From contig NC_092395.1 in NCBI RefSeq assembly GCF_030028105.1, forward strand, positions 43,304,459 through 43,368,458: a stretch of 64,000 bases of DNA, read 5' to 3'. Shown here one piece after another: positions 22,081-37,400 of the stretch. Source of the DNA: Mobula birostris. Taxonomy: Eukaryota. Within the stretch, counting starts at the first letter, position 1, and every line of letters starts with the position of its first letter. The notes below the pieces were generated by a model that had not been told where the DNA came from, ran no database searches, and saw only the letters and a list, made by a program, of their open reading frames with translations. Made by a program: the position numbers and the translations under genes.

Positions 22081-25000
22081 AACAGAATTTGTTCTCCTTT
22101 CTTGTTTGTCAACTGCATATAGCCTTTGTGGAAATGCATACCCCACTCCTCTAGTTTGGAAATGACCTGACCGTCGTTTGGTTCATCTGGGAATCCAAGA
22201 TGGACCGAATAAGACTGATCACAATGCAAAAGTCCTTGAACAACAAAGGCAATAACATACGTAATGTCACCCTCTCTCTGATGAGCACGTTCATGTGTGG
22301 TTGCTTTTGACTCTCTGTCGAAAACTCTAAGTACGTGGGCACCAAGTACCTCTATCAAAGTTTTCTATGGCCCTGGTGTTGAGAAGGACAAGTATGGCAC
22401 CTTTGTCGTGCAATGTCCCAGTCAGCTGGATGCTTGGTGCAGTCACTTCTAAGGGCTTGGTGGGGAAGGACCACAGTGGAGGGTTCTTCTCCACAGGGAA
22501 AGGGAGAGACCAGTTTGGTGAGGAAGTTCCAGAATTTTTGCACTAAGTGTACCATTCCAGGGGGCCACAAAAGTAGCAACATTGTTATTGACTTCAAGGA
22601 ATTTAACTGAACACCACTTAACACCTTTTTAAAAAAATGACAAGGCATTGCATGGCTATTTCTCCCAAATATTTTTATGAATATAGATTGTGCTTAGCCT
22701 GCTGAGTTCCTCCAGCAAGTTGTGTGTGTTGCTGTCACAATATGTGCTGGCAATGTTGGAACCCAAGTGCAGAGGAAACACAAAGTCCAATGAAGAGACG
22801 ACAACCAGAGTTTATTCATAAGAATTCCAACAGAACATCCGTGGCTTGCCTGAGTGACACTGCGATATGTAATATTCTCAAAACACGGAGCCCATAATTA
22901 GCGCTAATTGGGTCTCTGCTCAAATATTACAAGTAAGGTGGAATCCCCAAGCATCAGTAAGTTTAAACATAAAACATCCAGAGACTGCATTATAGAGAGC
23001 AAGTGGCTCAAAAAGTAAAACACACGGAACTCTTAAATGATTAGCAACAATTAATCAATGAAGCTGCTCTTAGAAACCTCAGAGTCCAACACTCTCAGGC
23101 TTGTCAGACCAGCCTGAAGAGCTCATAACAAAGTTATATAATAAGACTGGTGTTTCAAGTGTTGATTTTTCTTGTTAATTGAGATAGTCTGATAAAAAAG
23201 GATCTGGCAGGGAATCTCAGAGCAATGGGAATGGACACCTGAGACAATGTGGGACCTCAGGAGTTTTCCTGTTTTCTGCACAACGATGGGTACAGGAGGT
23301 GTTTTCAGCTGGAAGAACATATCCTCTGGGATTTGGAGCTTGAGCGACAGCAATCCATCCACAAGGCTGAATGTTTCTTGTGCAGCAGGTTTCAGGAGCT
23401 GGTCATCCTGCAGCAAATGTGAGAGCATGAAGCAGAGAGACTGGCAGATCACCAGGCAGACTGAAGTGCAGGCAGGTGGGTCAGCAGATCCTTGAGGACT
23501 TCCTGCTCTCTCACTGTATGATATTCAGAGTACTGATTGATGATAGTCTTCCTCTAAGGACAGAGGCATTACCAGACAAGTGGATTTATCGTGCAGACAG
23601 AGGAACAGAAAGTGGAATAGTTGTTAATTTGAAGAGCAGAATAGCCAACTGTATCTCAAAGGAATAGGCCACCTCGCCCATGTGGCAATAATGATGCCAA
23701 GTACAACTAAACCAATCTGCTTCTACCAGGTCTATATCCCTGCTATATTCCTTTGGCTGCTGCAGTTTACTTCCTCATATCAAAGGGGTGCAGGTTGGTA
23801 GATTACACATTGCCCCAGAGTGTCGGTGAGTGGAATTATCTGATGTAAATTGAAGAGAATGTGAAGGGAAGTAAATGTAATTGAATGGGATTAGTGCAGG
23901 GTTAGAGCAAATACAGACTTGATGGACAGCACAGCCATGATGGGACATGGAGTCTGTTTCCATACTATTTGTATGTCGCATATTATACGGTGAATGTGAA
24001 GGAAGATATTGCAAATGCAGTCAGAGTTTAAGGAGGCTGTAGGAACATTAGGAAGCAGGACAAGAATGGTGATAATCTCTGGATTAATTTCTCTTCTTCA
24101 CTCTGCGGGTGTAGTAAGGTGCAGATAAATGTTTTCCAGAGGAAATAGAGCAGGAGGGTGGCTGTAGACCCATGGGTGATTGGGATCAGTTCATGGGTGA
24201 GTTTGTGTGTGAGTGTGGGTGGTGGTGGGGTGTTTCTAGTCAGCTTAGCCCAGACTGTGTGACCAGCATCCTCTGAGGATATTTCACTGGTGTACGAGGG
24301 AATGAGAACATGGGAAAGTAGCAGTGTAATGGAGGATAAAAGCTGGAAAGAGGAATAAGGAGAGATAAATAGTTCCAGAGCAGAAATAAACATTTTTTCA
24401 CAAAGGTCAAATAATTAGAAAATACAAGAAACTCCACACAAGGTTCTTAGTGTGTACAATTTCAAGAAGGTTATTAAACAAGACTGATGAGCTGTGTTGG
24501 TTGACAATGTTGTGATGACTTACATTCAGTCAGCTTTGTGGGATCTGATATGGCTAATGAGGCTAATGTGAGAACCACAGACTCTTCTGGGGATGAGGCA
24601 GGAGGAGGTCGACAGGTGAGGAGTGTGCAGTCTGTGAGAATTTCTGCTCTCTCCACTACTGATACAGGAACTGAATGTGCTCCTGACCTAGGGGCTCAAG
24701 GTTCTTCCTTCTCAAAACCAAATGCTCCTTTTTGACTTGACTGTTTAGAGGCCCTAGAGTCCAGGAGTCAGTGAGGATATTGCATTTCTTCAAAGGGGCT
24801 TTGAGCACATATTTGAATCTTATTCTCTCTGCACCTATTAAACACTTCCCATGGCAGAGCTCAGAATATGAGATATGTTTGAACACTATGGACTCAGATA
24901 TCTGAACAACCTGTCCTGTCCAACATACAAAACTGCATGTATCTATGGACAACTCATGTTGGCCTGGGTCCCTGAAAGTTCTTCACTTGTTGATGCAATG

Positions 25001-25317
25001 AATTTTGTGGCGATTCTGTTGGTGGTACTTTACAGTCCATGAGATGTCTTCTGTAAGTCAGGTAGAGCTCAGGTGTATCTGAAGAGACAGGGATCTGTGT
25101 TGTCTGGTGAACTGTGAGTTACATGACAGCTGAGTGTAATGTTCATTCTGTTGTGTTCCTCAACAAGAGGGTGAACAATGTTTTGGAGCACAGCCTGTGT
25201 GTAGGTATAAATGCTCGAATAACCAGTACAAAGCAGACTGACTACTGAGGTTTGGGAATCTTTGCTCCTAGTGCAGATATGCTGGCTGAAGAGTTTTCTG
25301 TTAGTTCTGGGGAATCA

Positions 25318-26760
25318 TTTCAAGATTTCAAGATTCAAGATTCAAAAACTTTATTGTCATTCTAACCGTACATCAGCTCTGCAGGGCAGAATGAGACAGC
25401 GTTTCTCAGGAGCAGTGCAATCATAACATAACAAGCGCAACACTAAATAATAAACATAACAATAAATAGTAAAACACAGTAGCCACATGTCAATTAAGAT
25501 CAAGTAATAAGTGTCCAAGTTAAAAGTGTCCAAAGCAGAGTCGGGTGGAGCAGCTATTTAGCAGTCTGACTGCCTCTGGGAGGTAGCCTTGTGGTTTTAG
25601 TTTTGATGCTCCTGATGGCAGAAGAACAAACAGTTCATGGAGAGGGTGTGAAGGGTCTTTAATGATGTACCGTGTCTTCTGGAGGCATCAACTCTGAAAG
25701 GGTTCTTGGACAGAAGGTAGGGAGACCCCAATAACCTTCTCTGCTCCCCTAACCACCCTCTGCAAGGCTTTCTTGTCGACAGCACTGCAGCTGGAGTACC
25801 AGGTTGTGATGCAAAAGGTCTGCACCCTCTCAACCACGCCTCTGTAGAATGTAGTTAAGATGTTAGTGGGGAGTGATGCTTGTTTAAGCTTCCTCAGAAA
25901 GTGCAATCTCTGCTGGGCCCATTTCACAATCCCAGTGGTGTTCCTGGACCAGGTGAGATTGTCCAAGTTCTGCACCCCAAGAAACTTGATGTTGTCCACT
26001 CTCTCCACTGTGGAGCCACTGATGTTAAGGGGTGTGTGCTCAGTCTGAGACCGTCTGAAATCGACAATCATCTCCTTGGTTTTGGTGACATTAAGCATCA
26101 AGTTGTTATCCCTGCACCAGCTCTCTAGGTATTTGACCTCCTCTCTGTACATTGTTTCATCATTTTTGCTGATGATCCCCACCACTGTGGTATCATTAGC
26201 AAACTTAATGATCAGGTTCTCCTTGAATCTGGCTGCACTGTCATGTGTTAGCAGTGTAAACAGCAATGGACCAAGCACACAGCCTTGTGGGGATCCAGTG
26301 CTCAGTGTGATGGAGTCAGAGATGTTCCTGTCAACACGGACTGACTGTGGTCACTCTGTCAAGAAACCCAGAATCCAGCGACACATGGCAGTGCTAAGGC
26401 CAAGCAGCGACAGTTTCTCCACTAGTCTCTGCGGGATAATGGTATTGAACGCTGAACTGAAATCAATGTACAGGACTCTGGCATAAGTGTCTTTGTTGTC
26501 CAAGTGAGAGAGAATTGTGTGCAGTGTGGTGGATATTGCGTCCTCCATAGAGCGATTTGGATGATAAGCAAACTGTAGAAGATCCAGTGATGAGGGGAGG
26601 CTGGCTGTGATATGAGGCTTGACAAGCTGTTCAAAACATTTCATCACTATGGAGGTCAGGGCAATGGGACGGTAATCATTCAGACAGGCTACAACTGATT
26701 TCTTTGCTATAGGGATGATTGTGGAGGTTTTGAAGCATCTGGGGACAATAGCTTGACCCC
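25318..26760 (-). mobile_element. Rex1/Babar LINE 3' half
   Basis: [52 protein letters not shown]; (TCAAGAT)n tail at about 25318-25345. Confidence 0.85.
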
Positions 26761-26803
26761 CTCTAGAACTCCCTCTAGTAGGTTCTTGGAGGTGATGTGC
26801 AAC

Positions 26804-28193
26804 TGTCACGTACCCCATGATGGGTTAAAGAGCCAGCAGAAATAGAAAACACTTTGGAGTCTGGTATTGCTGTTAGCTAATACTATTTATTAGTAACTAT
26901 GCAATACAGTAATATAAATTCAGATATATCAAAAAGGTTAGCAAATATTATAACTGTGGAAATATAGAAACCAACCTTCTTCAAGCCTATGAGTGAATGG
27001 ATACAGTCTTACTGTGGAATATAAGATAGTTCAGTTCAATGCTCAGGTTAATTAATGAGAGATATTTGTAATCCAAAAGATGAATGTTGTGAGAAGACAA
27101 TTACATCGATGTTCCACAGATTCCACGACAGCAATACAAGGTAACAATAGTAGTAGGTTTTATCTCCGAAGTTGCTCCACTCCACACACAAAATATCACC
27201 GACAGTGATCTTCAACGAATACCCTTTCAACACAAGTGGTACCACACATGAATTCTGCTACAGGTCATCCCAAAGTGGTGGCCACAGGATACTCCAACAG
27301 AATCCACGTATGGATTATCACCAATAGTAGCTTATCACAAAGGGGTCCCTCTTCAAGTTGTAAAACTACCAACCCAGGCAAGGATTATCACACACAGCAG
27401 CTTCTATACAAGGTTACCCCAAACACACAATGTGATAGCCACTTATCCAGTTCTATGACATATGAAATAACTCCAACGGTGATTTGCTACAGGGATGCCT
27501 TTCTTCAGTGAACTAACACACCCAAACAAAGGTAACACACAAGTGGCATTCACAAAGGTACTCCCCTCACTAGAGAACCCACTCCTGTGAACTAACTATG
27601 TGACAGGCACACCTTCATATTCAAATGGAACTCTAACTCACCTTCACGGACTACTTACAGAGAGTCCAAACAGTGACCTCTTTGTCACTAGGTTTATTCT
27701 GATTCAAACCTTCCTCTCCCCTCTTCTCTTCCTTTGAGGTCACTGAATGTGACCACAAAAAAGGAGACTGTCTTCTGTGGGTGAGTTATCAACCCAGGCG
27801 AGGGTTGGGCACATGAATAATTTCCCACTGGTCACAACTTTTTCACAATGCAAGAGCCATTGATTGATTCACCTAACTGATCCTCCAAACACCTACCTTT
27901 CTGTGGGCACACAAAGCTTATCCAGTGTCCAAACCATGTGTCTGTAACTGCCCTTGTAAAAAGTAAATACGCTGCAGAGAAACCATAACATTGATTGTCC
28001 AACAAATAACTCCACCTCTCTCTTTGTAGGAACACAGAAGCTGGCAGTGTCCTTGCAAAAATGTAAACAGGCTGCTGAAAGGGAGACTCTGCCCCTCTCT
28101 CTCTCAGCAGGAATCCAAAAGTTAGTCTCAGTTCTTTCTTGGGCCTTAAAGTGACAATCCACAGCAAAAAGGAATCCCCAGGAGTACATAACA
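26804..28193. mobile_element. Probable solo LTR
   Basis: Starts TGTCACGTACCCC like the LTRs at 33398 and 49618; ends ..ATAACA; flanks CAAC/CAAT (1 mismatch), so the right end is uncertain. Confidence 0.55.
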
Positions 28194-30049
28194 CAATAAA
28201 GTACACAACGCAACACTGGAGTAAGACAGTTTGAGAAAAGTGTTCAGGAAAGTCTGCATGTTCATTTGACACCAATCTTTACAATGAATAATTCTATTGC
28301 TGAACGTTAGTAGAGCAAATGTAAGGTAGAATTGAATTACATTGTGAACCAAATTTGGGATGGTTGTTCTAAAAATTGAGGGAGTCAAGTAAGTTTTTGC
28401 ACAGTGAAGATAATGTCTCTTGTGCATGTGGATGAATAAATTTCACACTGTGATTCAGGCAGCAGCTCTATGGTCACTGATGAAGGTGATTGAAGAGGAT
28501 TCTGTCCTTGTGGTGGAGAGGCAGGAGACCCCTCTGTAGTTACCACAGTTGGACTTGTTTCTATGACAATCTATGTCTGTGAACATTTTCAAGTGTGGAT
28601 TAATGAGAATTTTGTCGTGCTGGTTCAAAGGAGTACAGAATCTGTTTGCTTATCAAAACTTATATGGGATCTTGATCTGTTGGGTAAGTGGGCCAAGGAA
28701 TGGCAAATGCTGTTCAATCCAGATAAATACAAGGTGTTTGTTGTTTGCTATCAGCCATGTTGTATGAAGTGGGTGATCATGGTATTTCTATGACCATGAT
28801 TGTTCTTGGCAAATTTGTCTACAGAATTGGGTTGTCATTACCTTCTTCAAGACAGTGTCTTTACAAGACGGGTGACTCCAGCCATTATCAATATGCTTCT
28901 GAGAGTATTTGTCGGGCATCAGTGGTGTTGTGATATGCACCACTGCGCATGTTACCATCCATCACCTGATCCCATGGCTTCTCTTAGTCATAGTCATAGT
29001 CATACTTTATTGATCCTGGGGGAAATTGGTTTTCGTTACAGTTGCACCATAAATAATAAATAGTAATAAAACCATAAATAGTTAAATAGTAATATATAAA
29101 TTATGCCAGGAAATAAGTCCAGGACCAGCATCTTGACCCTCATCATGAGTCATGGGGGTTGGGGATGGGGTGGGGCAAAGCAGATATTACACCATGCGCA
29201 ATGGTGACCTGCAGGCAAGCAGAGGGAAGAATCACCTTGCACCTCCTTTGGAAGAGAGTAATCAGGACATAGTCAGCATGGCTCTACTTGCGGGAAAGTA
29301 TGTCTCAATAACTGATTGAATTGTGAGGTAAAATGAGATTGGATCAATTGAGTTGTATGTCTTATGAACCTGTATAGGCCTAGGTATGAGTTGATAGAAT
29401 TATATGAAATTATGAGGAAGAGAGTGGTTAGATATGAAGGATATTTTCCCAGTGGAGGAAGAGACTTTAACTGGTGAGGTAGGACATGTAAAGGAATCCT
29501 GAGGGGAACTTTTCCACTGAAAGAATGGTGGGAGTCTGAAAGGTGACTCATGAGGAGATGGTAGAAGCACATTTTCTCGACAGACACTTGAATTGCAGAG
29601 AAGATTACAAGCCAAATGCAGACAAGTGGGGCTAATACCAATAACTACAATGTCTGGCATGGTGGTGTTGGGCAGAAGGGCCTGTTCCTGTTCTGTATAA
29701 TTCTGTGACTCATCATAGCCTTTAGTTCAAACATTGACCAAAGAGCTGAGTTCCAGAGGTGAGGTGCAACTGACTGTCCTTGTTAGCAAGGCAAAATTTG
29801 ACAAACTGTAACATCAAGGCTCCTCCCAATTAAAACCTCCTTGTTTTTGTGCAGTTAATAAGGTTGATAATTGTCTGATATTTCCCAGTTTCTTCACTTG
29901 TTTCTGTACTGTCTGGTCACTGACATGAAATGACAGCATTCAACTCCAATATTGTACAACACCCTTTGTAACTCTGGTTAGATCTGGAGATAATATTGTC
30001 CGGAGTATTCTTCGGGAGTCAAAAACAGTTGCCAGATTTATGGTTACAA

Positions 30050-31600
30050 CTCTTTTATCAGATGTTCAGCATGGAAGAGGCACAAAAAAGCCAGAAAATA
30101 AAGAACACAATAATAAACAAAAACAATAAATATTAATACATAACACTGCTTATACACATAGATTGACTGTGTGTTCATAAACTGACACGAGGCACAGGAG
30201 TGTTTGCCCATAAGGTGACTCTGACAGGAAATGATAAAGTTGTGGTGGTGGACGTGTGGGTTAGTGAGTAGAGATATTGGTCATTCTCACTGCTTGGGGA
30301 TATAACTATATTTGAGTCTAGTAGTCCTGGTGTGGATGCTATGCAGCTTTCTCCCTGATGGGAGTGGGAGAAGCAATCAATGAGCAGGATTGGTGGGATC
30401 CATCATGTTTTTGGTTCTTTACCAGCACCTTTCTGCATGTATGTCCTTGATGGCATGAAGGCAGGTGCCAATGACTTGTTGGGCATACCCTTTGTATTGA
30501 ACTTCCTGACCACCACAGTGCAGTTTCCTTACCATGCAGTGATTAACCTTGTTAGGATACTCTCTACTGTGCATCTGCAAAAGGACATGCGTAAAGATAT
30601 GCACAATCCAGCTCCCTTCAGCCTCCTCAGAAATTAGAGATGTTGGTGAGTTTTCCTGATTGTGTAAGTTGGGTTCGGGAGCCACGTGAGGTTATACATA
30701 ATGTACCCTCCCAGGAATTTGTAGCTGGTTGAAGTTTCCATTGCTGTGCAGTCACTGTTTTGTGAGTGGTGTGAGTTAGTTCTCCTGAAGTCAATAACAA
30801 GTTATTTGCCTGGCACCGGCTTCGAACTTTCCGCCTTCTCTCTGCAGGCTGCCTCATCATTGTTGGTGATGAGTCTCACCACTGTTGTGTCATCAGTGAA
30901 CTTGACAATGTGATTACTTGGGTGTTTGGCTGTACAGTGATGTGTGAGCGGAGTGTACAGCAGTGGGCTCAGCACACAGCCCTGGGGGGTGGGGGGCCCC
31001 TGTGTTGAGGATGATGGACAGGGAGGAGCGATTGTGCATCCTGACTATCTGAGGTCTGTTTGTTTCGAAGTCCAATGCCCAGATGCACAGTGGTGCATTT
31101 AGACTGAGGAGTAGGAGTTTGTTCACCAGTATCTGTGGGACAATAGTGTTGAATGCCGAACTGAAATCCAGAAACAGCAGTCTGACACAAGTGTTCTTGT
31201 TTTCTAGGTGTACCAGGGCCAGGAGCATGACAGATGTTACTGCACCTGTTGTGGAGCGGTTCTGCCAGTAAACATATTGGTGAGTGTCCAGTCTGGCAGC
31301 AATGGAGCTTTTGACGTGTGCCATTACCAGTTGTTCAAAACACTTCATGATAATTGGTGTCATTGCCACCGGGCGGTAATTGTTTAGTGTGAAGGTGTAG
31401 AGATCTTCGGTACAGGAATGATGATGGCTGATCTGAAGCATGTGGGGACAGCAGCCTGGATGAGTGAAGAGTTGAAGATGTCTGTGAGGCGTCAGTGATC
31501 TGGTGTGTCCATTTCCTGTGTACTCAGCCTGGCATGTTGTCTGGTCCGGCTGCCTTATGGAGCTTGACTCTTTGCAGAGTCCTTGTGATTAGACAAACAT
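30050..31600 (-). mobile_element. Rex1/Babar LINE fragments
   Basis: [41 protein letters not shown]. Confidence 0.75.
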
Positions 31601-34480
31601 AAAAGCAAGTGTAAGGAAACAAGAAAAATGAAAATGAAACCCCGCTGGTTTGCTTCACAGCGTAGGTCGAGGAAGACACGCTCCGGTCCCGCCAAACCCA
31701 TGAGATTGAGACAGCTCTCCAATCCCAATCTCTGGTTTGTGTGAATGCTGTGTAACTTGCAACCCTGTTACAATTCAGTGCCAAGAAACAGCAGACAGCA
31801 CTCTGCATACGATTAAAGGAATTACATTTATGAATCTTAACTAAAGGGTTAGTAAAGAAAACAAAGAAAAAGCAAGAAGGTCTCATTATATTTAAACAGT
31901 CAAATGTGTGCAGTAGGAGCGCAATTCACCGATCCTCAGTCGATCTCGCTGCCTGGCTCCATTGAATCACAATCTCCCCATCAGGTCGTATCCTAGAACC
32001 GGTTCTCGCCAGCATCTTCTCTCTTCATCTTATGCCGGACAAAAGACCCAGCTCACATTGCAAAGCATCTGCTATCTCTAACCATAGCCCAAACACTACT
32101 TCAACAGAAAGACTATTAAGTTAGCAGTGAAACATTTCTCAGGGTGCTACATTCTCTCTCCACCAAAATTAGTCCTGTCCTCATGACGTTGAGATAATTT
32201 GTCACCCCTTCATACAAAGCACAAAGTCCAACCCAGGTGTAAATGGCAGGCTGTTGCATAGCTTAACAAGGTGCCACACTCTGTTCCCTGGGTGCGACAT
32301 AGGCCAGTCTGTCTGGGGGTCTCCTGACTCTTGGAACCTCCTTACCCCAACATCTTCTTCAGCTTCAGACACTCCTTAGACTCTTTCACGTCTACCTGGG
32401 GAGGCTTCTGCCTGTCCGTTACTTGTGCCTCCCAACAACTCAGAACCCCTCGTCAATTGGCTAAGCTTACCCTCATACCCAGTTACTTTAGAGTCCAGCC
32501 TCCCATTATTTTCTAACTGCAAATCTCCCTGTCCAGTGCTTGTTCCCCTATTTCGCTTGCCTCAATGTGAGAAGAGTTGGGAATCTCTTCATCAATTATT
32601 GGGGAGTTTGTGAAAGGCAGCTTATACCACACCCCCATTTCCTCATCCTCTGAGTTCGAATCATATTCAGCAGTGGGGTCCGGTCTAATCCTTCCCACTG
32701 CTGGGCCTTCAGTTCACTCACATCAGCGCAGGGTTCTCTTACTAAGTGTAGGGTTCATTCAGGCTCTGGGTCAACATGTACCTCTTGTCCCAGGAGTAGA
32801 AGGTGGCTCCAATGGAGAATCGTGACAGGCCCATTCCCATCCTCTGGTTTCACCTGGAAAACTGGTATGTCTGGCCTCTGACTCTCCACTACATAGAGCG
32901 TAGCAGTTAGCTAACTTATGCTTCCCAGGTAGCCCCAACTTCTTCATGAGGACTCTGTCTGCAGGCATTGGCTGGGAGAACCTAACCTTTTGATCATACC
33001 TCCTCTTATTTCCTTGATTCCGCTTGGTAGCTGAGACCTCAGCTAGTTCAAATCCTTTATCAGCTCCCTTCTCATTATCAGACACATACTTCAGATAAAT
33101 CTTCTATTGCCGTTCTTCCCCACCAGTCCCAAATCAGAGATCAACGGGCAACCTCTCTTTGCTCCCAAACATCAGATAATATGGTGAGTACCCAGTAGCT
33201 TCAATCTGTGTACAATTGTAGCAATGGACCAGATATGCAATATGTTGATTCCACCTGTTCTTTTTACTGACCTCCAAGGTTCCGAGCATGTCTAGCAAGG
33301 TCTGATTGAACCACTCGGGCTGGGGATCACCTTGCAGGTGATAAGGCGTCGTTCTCGACTTTTTGACTCCAAGCATGTTCAGAACTCATGTATGAGCTGT
33401 TACGTACCCCGTAACTGGGTTGCCAAATCAGCAGAAATGGATCACTCAGTTGGAGTCTGGATTACTAGAACTAAGAAAGTTTTATTAAAGAAACAAGCAA
33501 CACAGTACTCTAATCAAAAGGATAATAAATGCGACAGTTCAGCAATGATAAACACACATGTGCACAGAATTAAGATAACAGGATCAATCAAGCTCTATCG
33601 TTGTCTTGGGGTAAATGACCAGTTTCAAAGTGACGCAAAGTTCAGTTCAAGTCAGTTCAGTTCAGTTCGCAGTAATCGCTGCCGTGGTGATGGACAGTGG
33701 GGGGAGGGGCGGAAGGATAGAGAGAGCAAAAACGAATGAATATTCAAGGATTCCACACACAGACCTTCGCAGTCAGCTTTTGGGTGAGTCCTTTGTGATG
33801 TCATCTGAGGTCACCGACCGTGACCCCTCCGTTTCCAGACACGATCGTTTCCCTGCGCTGAACCTGGCGCCCAGGCAAGGGTGGACACACACCAGGTTCC
33901 CGCCGATCATACCTTTCCACCCTATGCGTTTATGGCCCGGTACTTCCCACCGACTTGTGAGAGACGCACCACTTCCAGGGTCTTGTTACCTCGGGTGTCG
34001 TGTGTGTGCTGCCTTAGCAAACCTATCCCTTTTTATCCCCCTGCTGGGGTATCGCCTGTCCATCACTTCAAACAGTTCAGGGTTCAAAGGGGGAGCCGCT
34101 CTTGCCAGCTCTCCTTCCTTCATTAACATTTCCAAATGCTGCTCCATTGTTTTCCTTATCTCTCTCTCTCCTGAAGACAGGTGGCAGACCAACTGCTGAT
34201 CCCACTGGTGCCAGCACAGGCCAACTAACATCTTAATCTATGTGTATTCTTGTCACACTTCCCCCCTTTAAGGATTTTTACCGGGGGGTAAAAATTACAA
34301 AAATGAATACATTATTTGATACACACACAAATATACATCTTTATCAGCTATTTGGCTAATACAGCGAGTTTGAAGTTGTCAACACCTGACAGACAGTCAG
34401 CCATCACATTTTCTGTTCCTTTTATATGTGTTATTAATAATCCCTTCGACCAGGCTCCAATTTAGCAAACTTCATAGTGG

Positions 34481-37400
34481 TGTAACGTTCCGTTATTTTG
34501 GCTCGTGTATGTCTAGGGGAAATCCCGCCCAGCACCTGCTTCAACAGTCCCCTCAGGGTCAATCGTCGCCCGAATCAATCACAAACATCAATCATCAGCC
34601 AGCACACCCAGTAAATTTTAACACATACACTTTATAGATATTACTAATTCTAGGGCATTAATATACATGTGATACAGAGAGGAAAGTAATGAAAAAAAAA
34701 AGGCGCCAACACTTATTCAAAGTCCAAGTTCTTCGCGCGCTACCGTTGGAGCTCAAGTTCGACGTCAGACGACCACCCGAATTCCGTCGACCCACGGCTC
34801 GGGACCACCCGAAGTGATCGACCGGAGCCTCTCCGCACGTCCGCCGTCCTCCTCGTCTCTCCTCCCGACTCCCCGCCAAAACTCAGTCCACAGTCATATC
34901 ATACAGCATGGCATCCGAAAACAAAACGATACATAACCACCCATTGGCTAATAGCACCCTCTTATCACCCTCTAAACCACAATAAACTGCTAGCGCAAAC
35001 TCTCTGCAGCGTTAAAACACAACAAAGCCGCATTCCACAGATTAACATAACAAAAATCGCCATTTTAAATGTAACAAAAGAAAGACCCCGTACACTCTCC
35101 CCCCACCTAAAAAAAGTCATGCCCTCATGACGTTAACAGAATTCACTAGTACTCCTTGTAAAACACAAAACCCAACCCAGGTGCATAAAGCAGTGACATA
35201 ACTTTGCAGGGCAGTAGAGATTACACCCTGCTCTCCCGGCGCTATATAAGTGAGTCTTTCCGGGGGATGCCTACTCCTCTGAGGCCTCAGGACTTCCTCT
35301 GTGGACTCTCCCTGTTCAGACACCCCAGGTGACCCCTCGAGCCGATCTGTCGGACCTTCCCCTTCACCGGGATCCCTCTGCCCCGGTGAGCCCTCTGGCT
35401 CGGGTTCTGCCTCCACCCTCTCCTCCCCCAATGCCGGCTGTAATACAGGCGGCTCTGCAACACCCTCCCTCGGTCCCCCTGACTCAGTGATGGAAGGGCC
35501 AAGAGTCTCTTCTCCTGGCACCGGGGAATCAGCGAACGGAAGCAGGTACCACACGTCCGAATCATCATCTTCCGATGACGTATCCCTTCTCGAGGTGGGG
35601 ACCGGCCCCGTTTTCTTCGCAGCGGCCTCTTCCCGCGCCCCGCGCCCTCGCAGAGTCCTCGTACTAGGAGTAAACTCCCATTCGGACTCTAGGTCCATCT
35701 TCACCTCTCGACCCAGAGGCAACAGGTGGTTCCGATGGAGTACCTTGACAGGCCCCTGCCCGCCCTCAGGTCTCACCCGGTAAACCGGGAGATTCGGCAT
35801 CTGACTCTCCACCACATATGGGGTGGCTGCCCAACGGTCCGCCAACTTGTGCTTACCCTGTAGTCCTAAATTCCGGATGAGGACTCGGTCTCCCGGCAAT
35901 AGCTGGACGAACTTTACCTTCTGATCATACCTCCTTTTATTCCGCTGGTTCTGCTTGGTGGCTGCCGCCTCAGCCAACTCGTACGCCCTTTTCAACTCTC
36001 TCCTCATATCGGACACGTACTTCAGACATGGCTTCGAAGGTATTTCCCCCGCTTCAGTCCCAAAACACAGATCAATGGGCAACCTCGCTTCCCGTCCGAA
36101 CATCAGATAGTAGGGCGAGTACCCCGTAGCATCATTGCGAGTACAATTGTAACAATGAACCAAATGGGCGATGTGCTGACTCCACTTACTCTTCCGTCCA
36201 ATCTCCATGGTGCCGAGCATGTCCAGCAGGGTCCGGTTAAACCTCTCGGGCTGAGGATCACCCTGAGGGTGATAGGGGGTGGTTCTGGACTTTTCAACCC
36301 CAAGCATATCCAGCAATTCATGGATAAGCCTGCTCTCGAAGTCCCGTCCCTGATCACTGTGGATCCGCCGGGGAAGGCCATAATGAACAAAGTACTTCTC
36401 CCATAACACCTTCGCCACTGTAGTCGCTTTCTGATCCTTAGTAGGAAAAGCCTGCGCATATCTAGTGTAGTGATCCGTGAGGACCAAAACATCCGCGGTA
36501 TTGCTGGTGTCCGGCTCAATAGACAGGAAATCCATACACACCAGGTCCATGGGTCCTGCACTCTGCAAGTGGGATAACGGAGCCGCCTGCGCAGGCAAGG
36601 TCTTCCTCCTGACGCAACGGCTACAGGTCTTACAGTATTCTTCCACCTCCCCCCTCATCCGGGGCCAGTAAAACCGGTCCTTGACTAATCCATAGGTCTT
36701 CTCTACCCCTAAGTGCCCGGAATCATCATGTAGAGCCTGAAGCACAGCCTTTCGATACTTCTCGGGCATGACCAGCTGCCAGCGCCGGGGGTGGTCCGGA
36801 GGCGAAGTGACTCGGTACAGGACGTGGTTCTTCAGCTTCAACCGGGGCCACTCCTTCAGTAGTAGAGGAACGGAGGCATGTTTCGCCTTCTCCACCTGCC
36901 CCATATCACCCTGGCTAACCGCGTACCAGATAGTGCCAAGGCTTGGGTCATCACGCTGAGCCGCCTGTACTTCCTGGTGACTCAACTCCGGCAGCTGCCG
37001 GTTCCTCAGAGCAGTCACATTACAGTAACCAGTGGGCAGCGCGTCACCGTCAGCCCCCAGTTGATCTACTGCCCGATCCGTTCCCATCTGTGCTCCTACT
37101 TCCCCGTCGCTCCCAACTTGACACATGGCCTTTACTCCCTGGGCAGGGACACTCTTCCACTCCTCGGCCGTGCCCGACTCGTCGTGCGCCCGACGAGACA
37201 GGGCATCTGCATCGATGTTCCGACTCCCCGGGCGGTACTTCAGGCTGAACTCATAGGCAGACAAGGCTGCTACCCACCGGTGCCCAGTAGCGTCCAGCTT
37301 CGCCGAAGTCAGGATATAAGTGAGGGGGTTGTTATCAGTTCTCACTTCAAACTGGGCCCCGTATAGGTAGTCACTCAACTTGTCTACCACCGCCCATTTC

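Noticed and set aside
22080-25300. Possible RTE, Tx1, Sushi gag, SINE and Gypsy scraps
   Set aside because: Too decayed to assign or bound reliably by eye
31595-31609. ATAAAAGCAA on both flanks of element A (also near 40843)
   Set aside because: Not flush with the LTR ends and not 4-6 bp; not accepted as a TSD
33615-34199. 194-aa ORF
   Set aside because: Lies wholly in an LTR; no motifs
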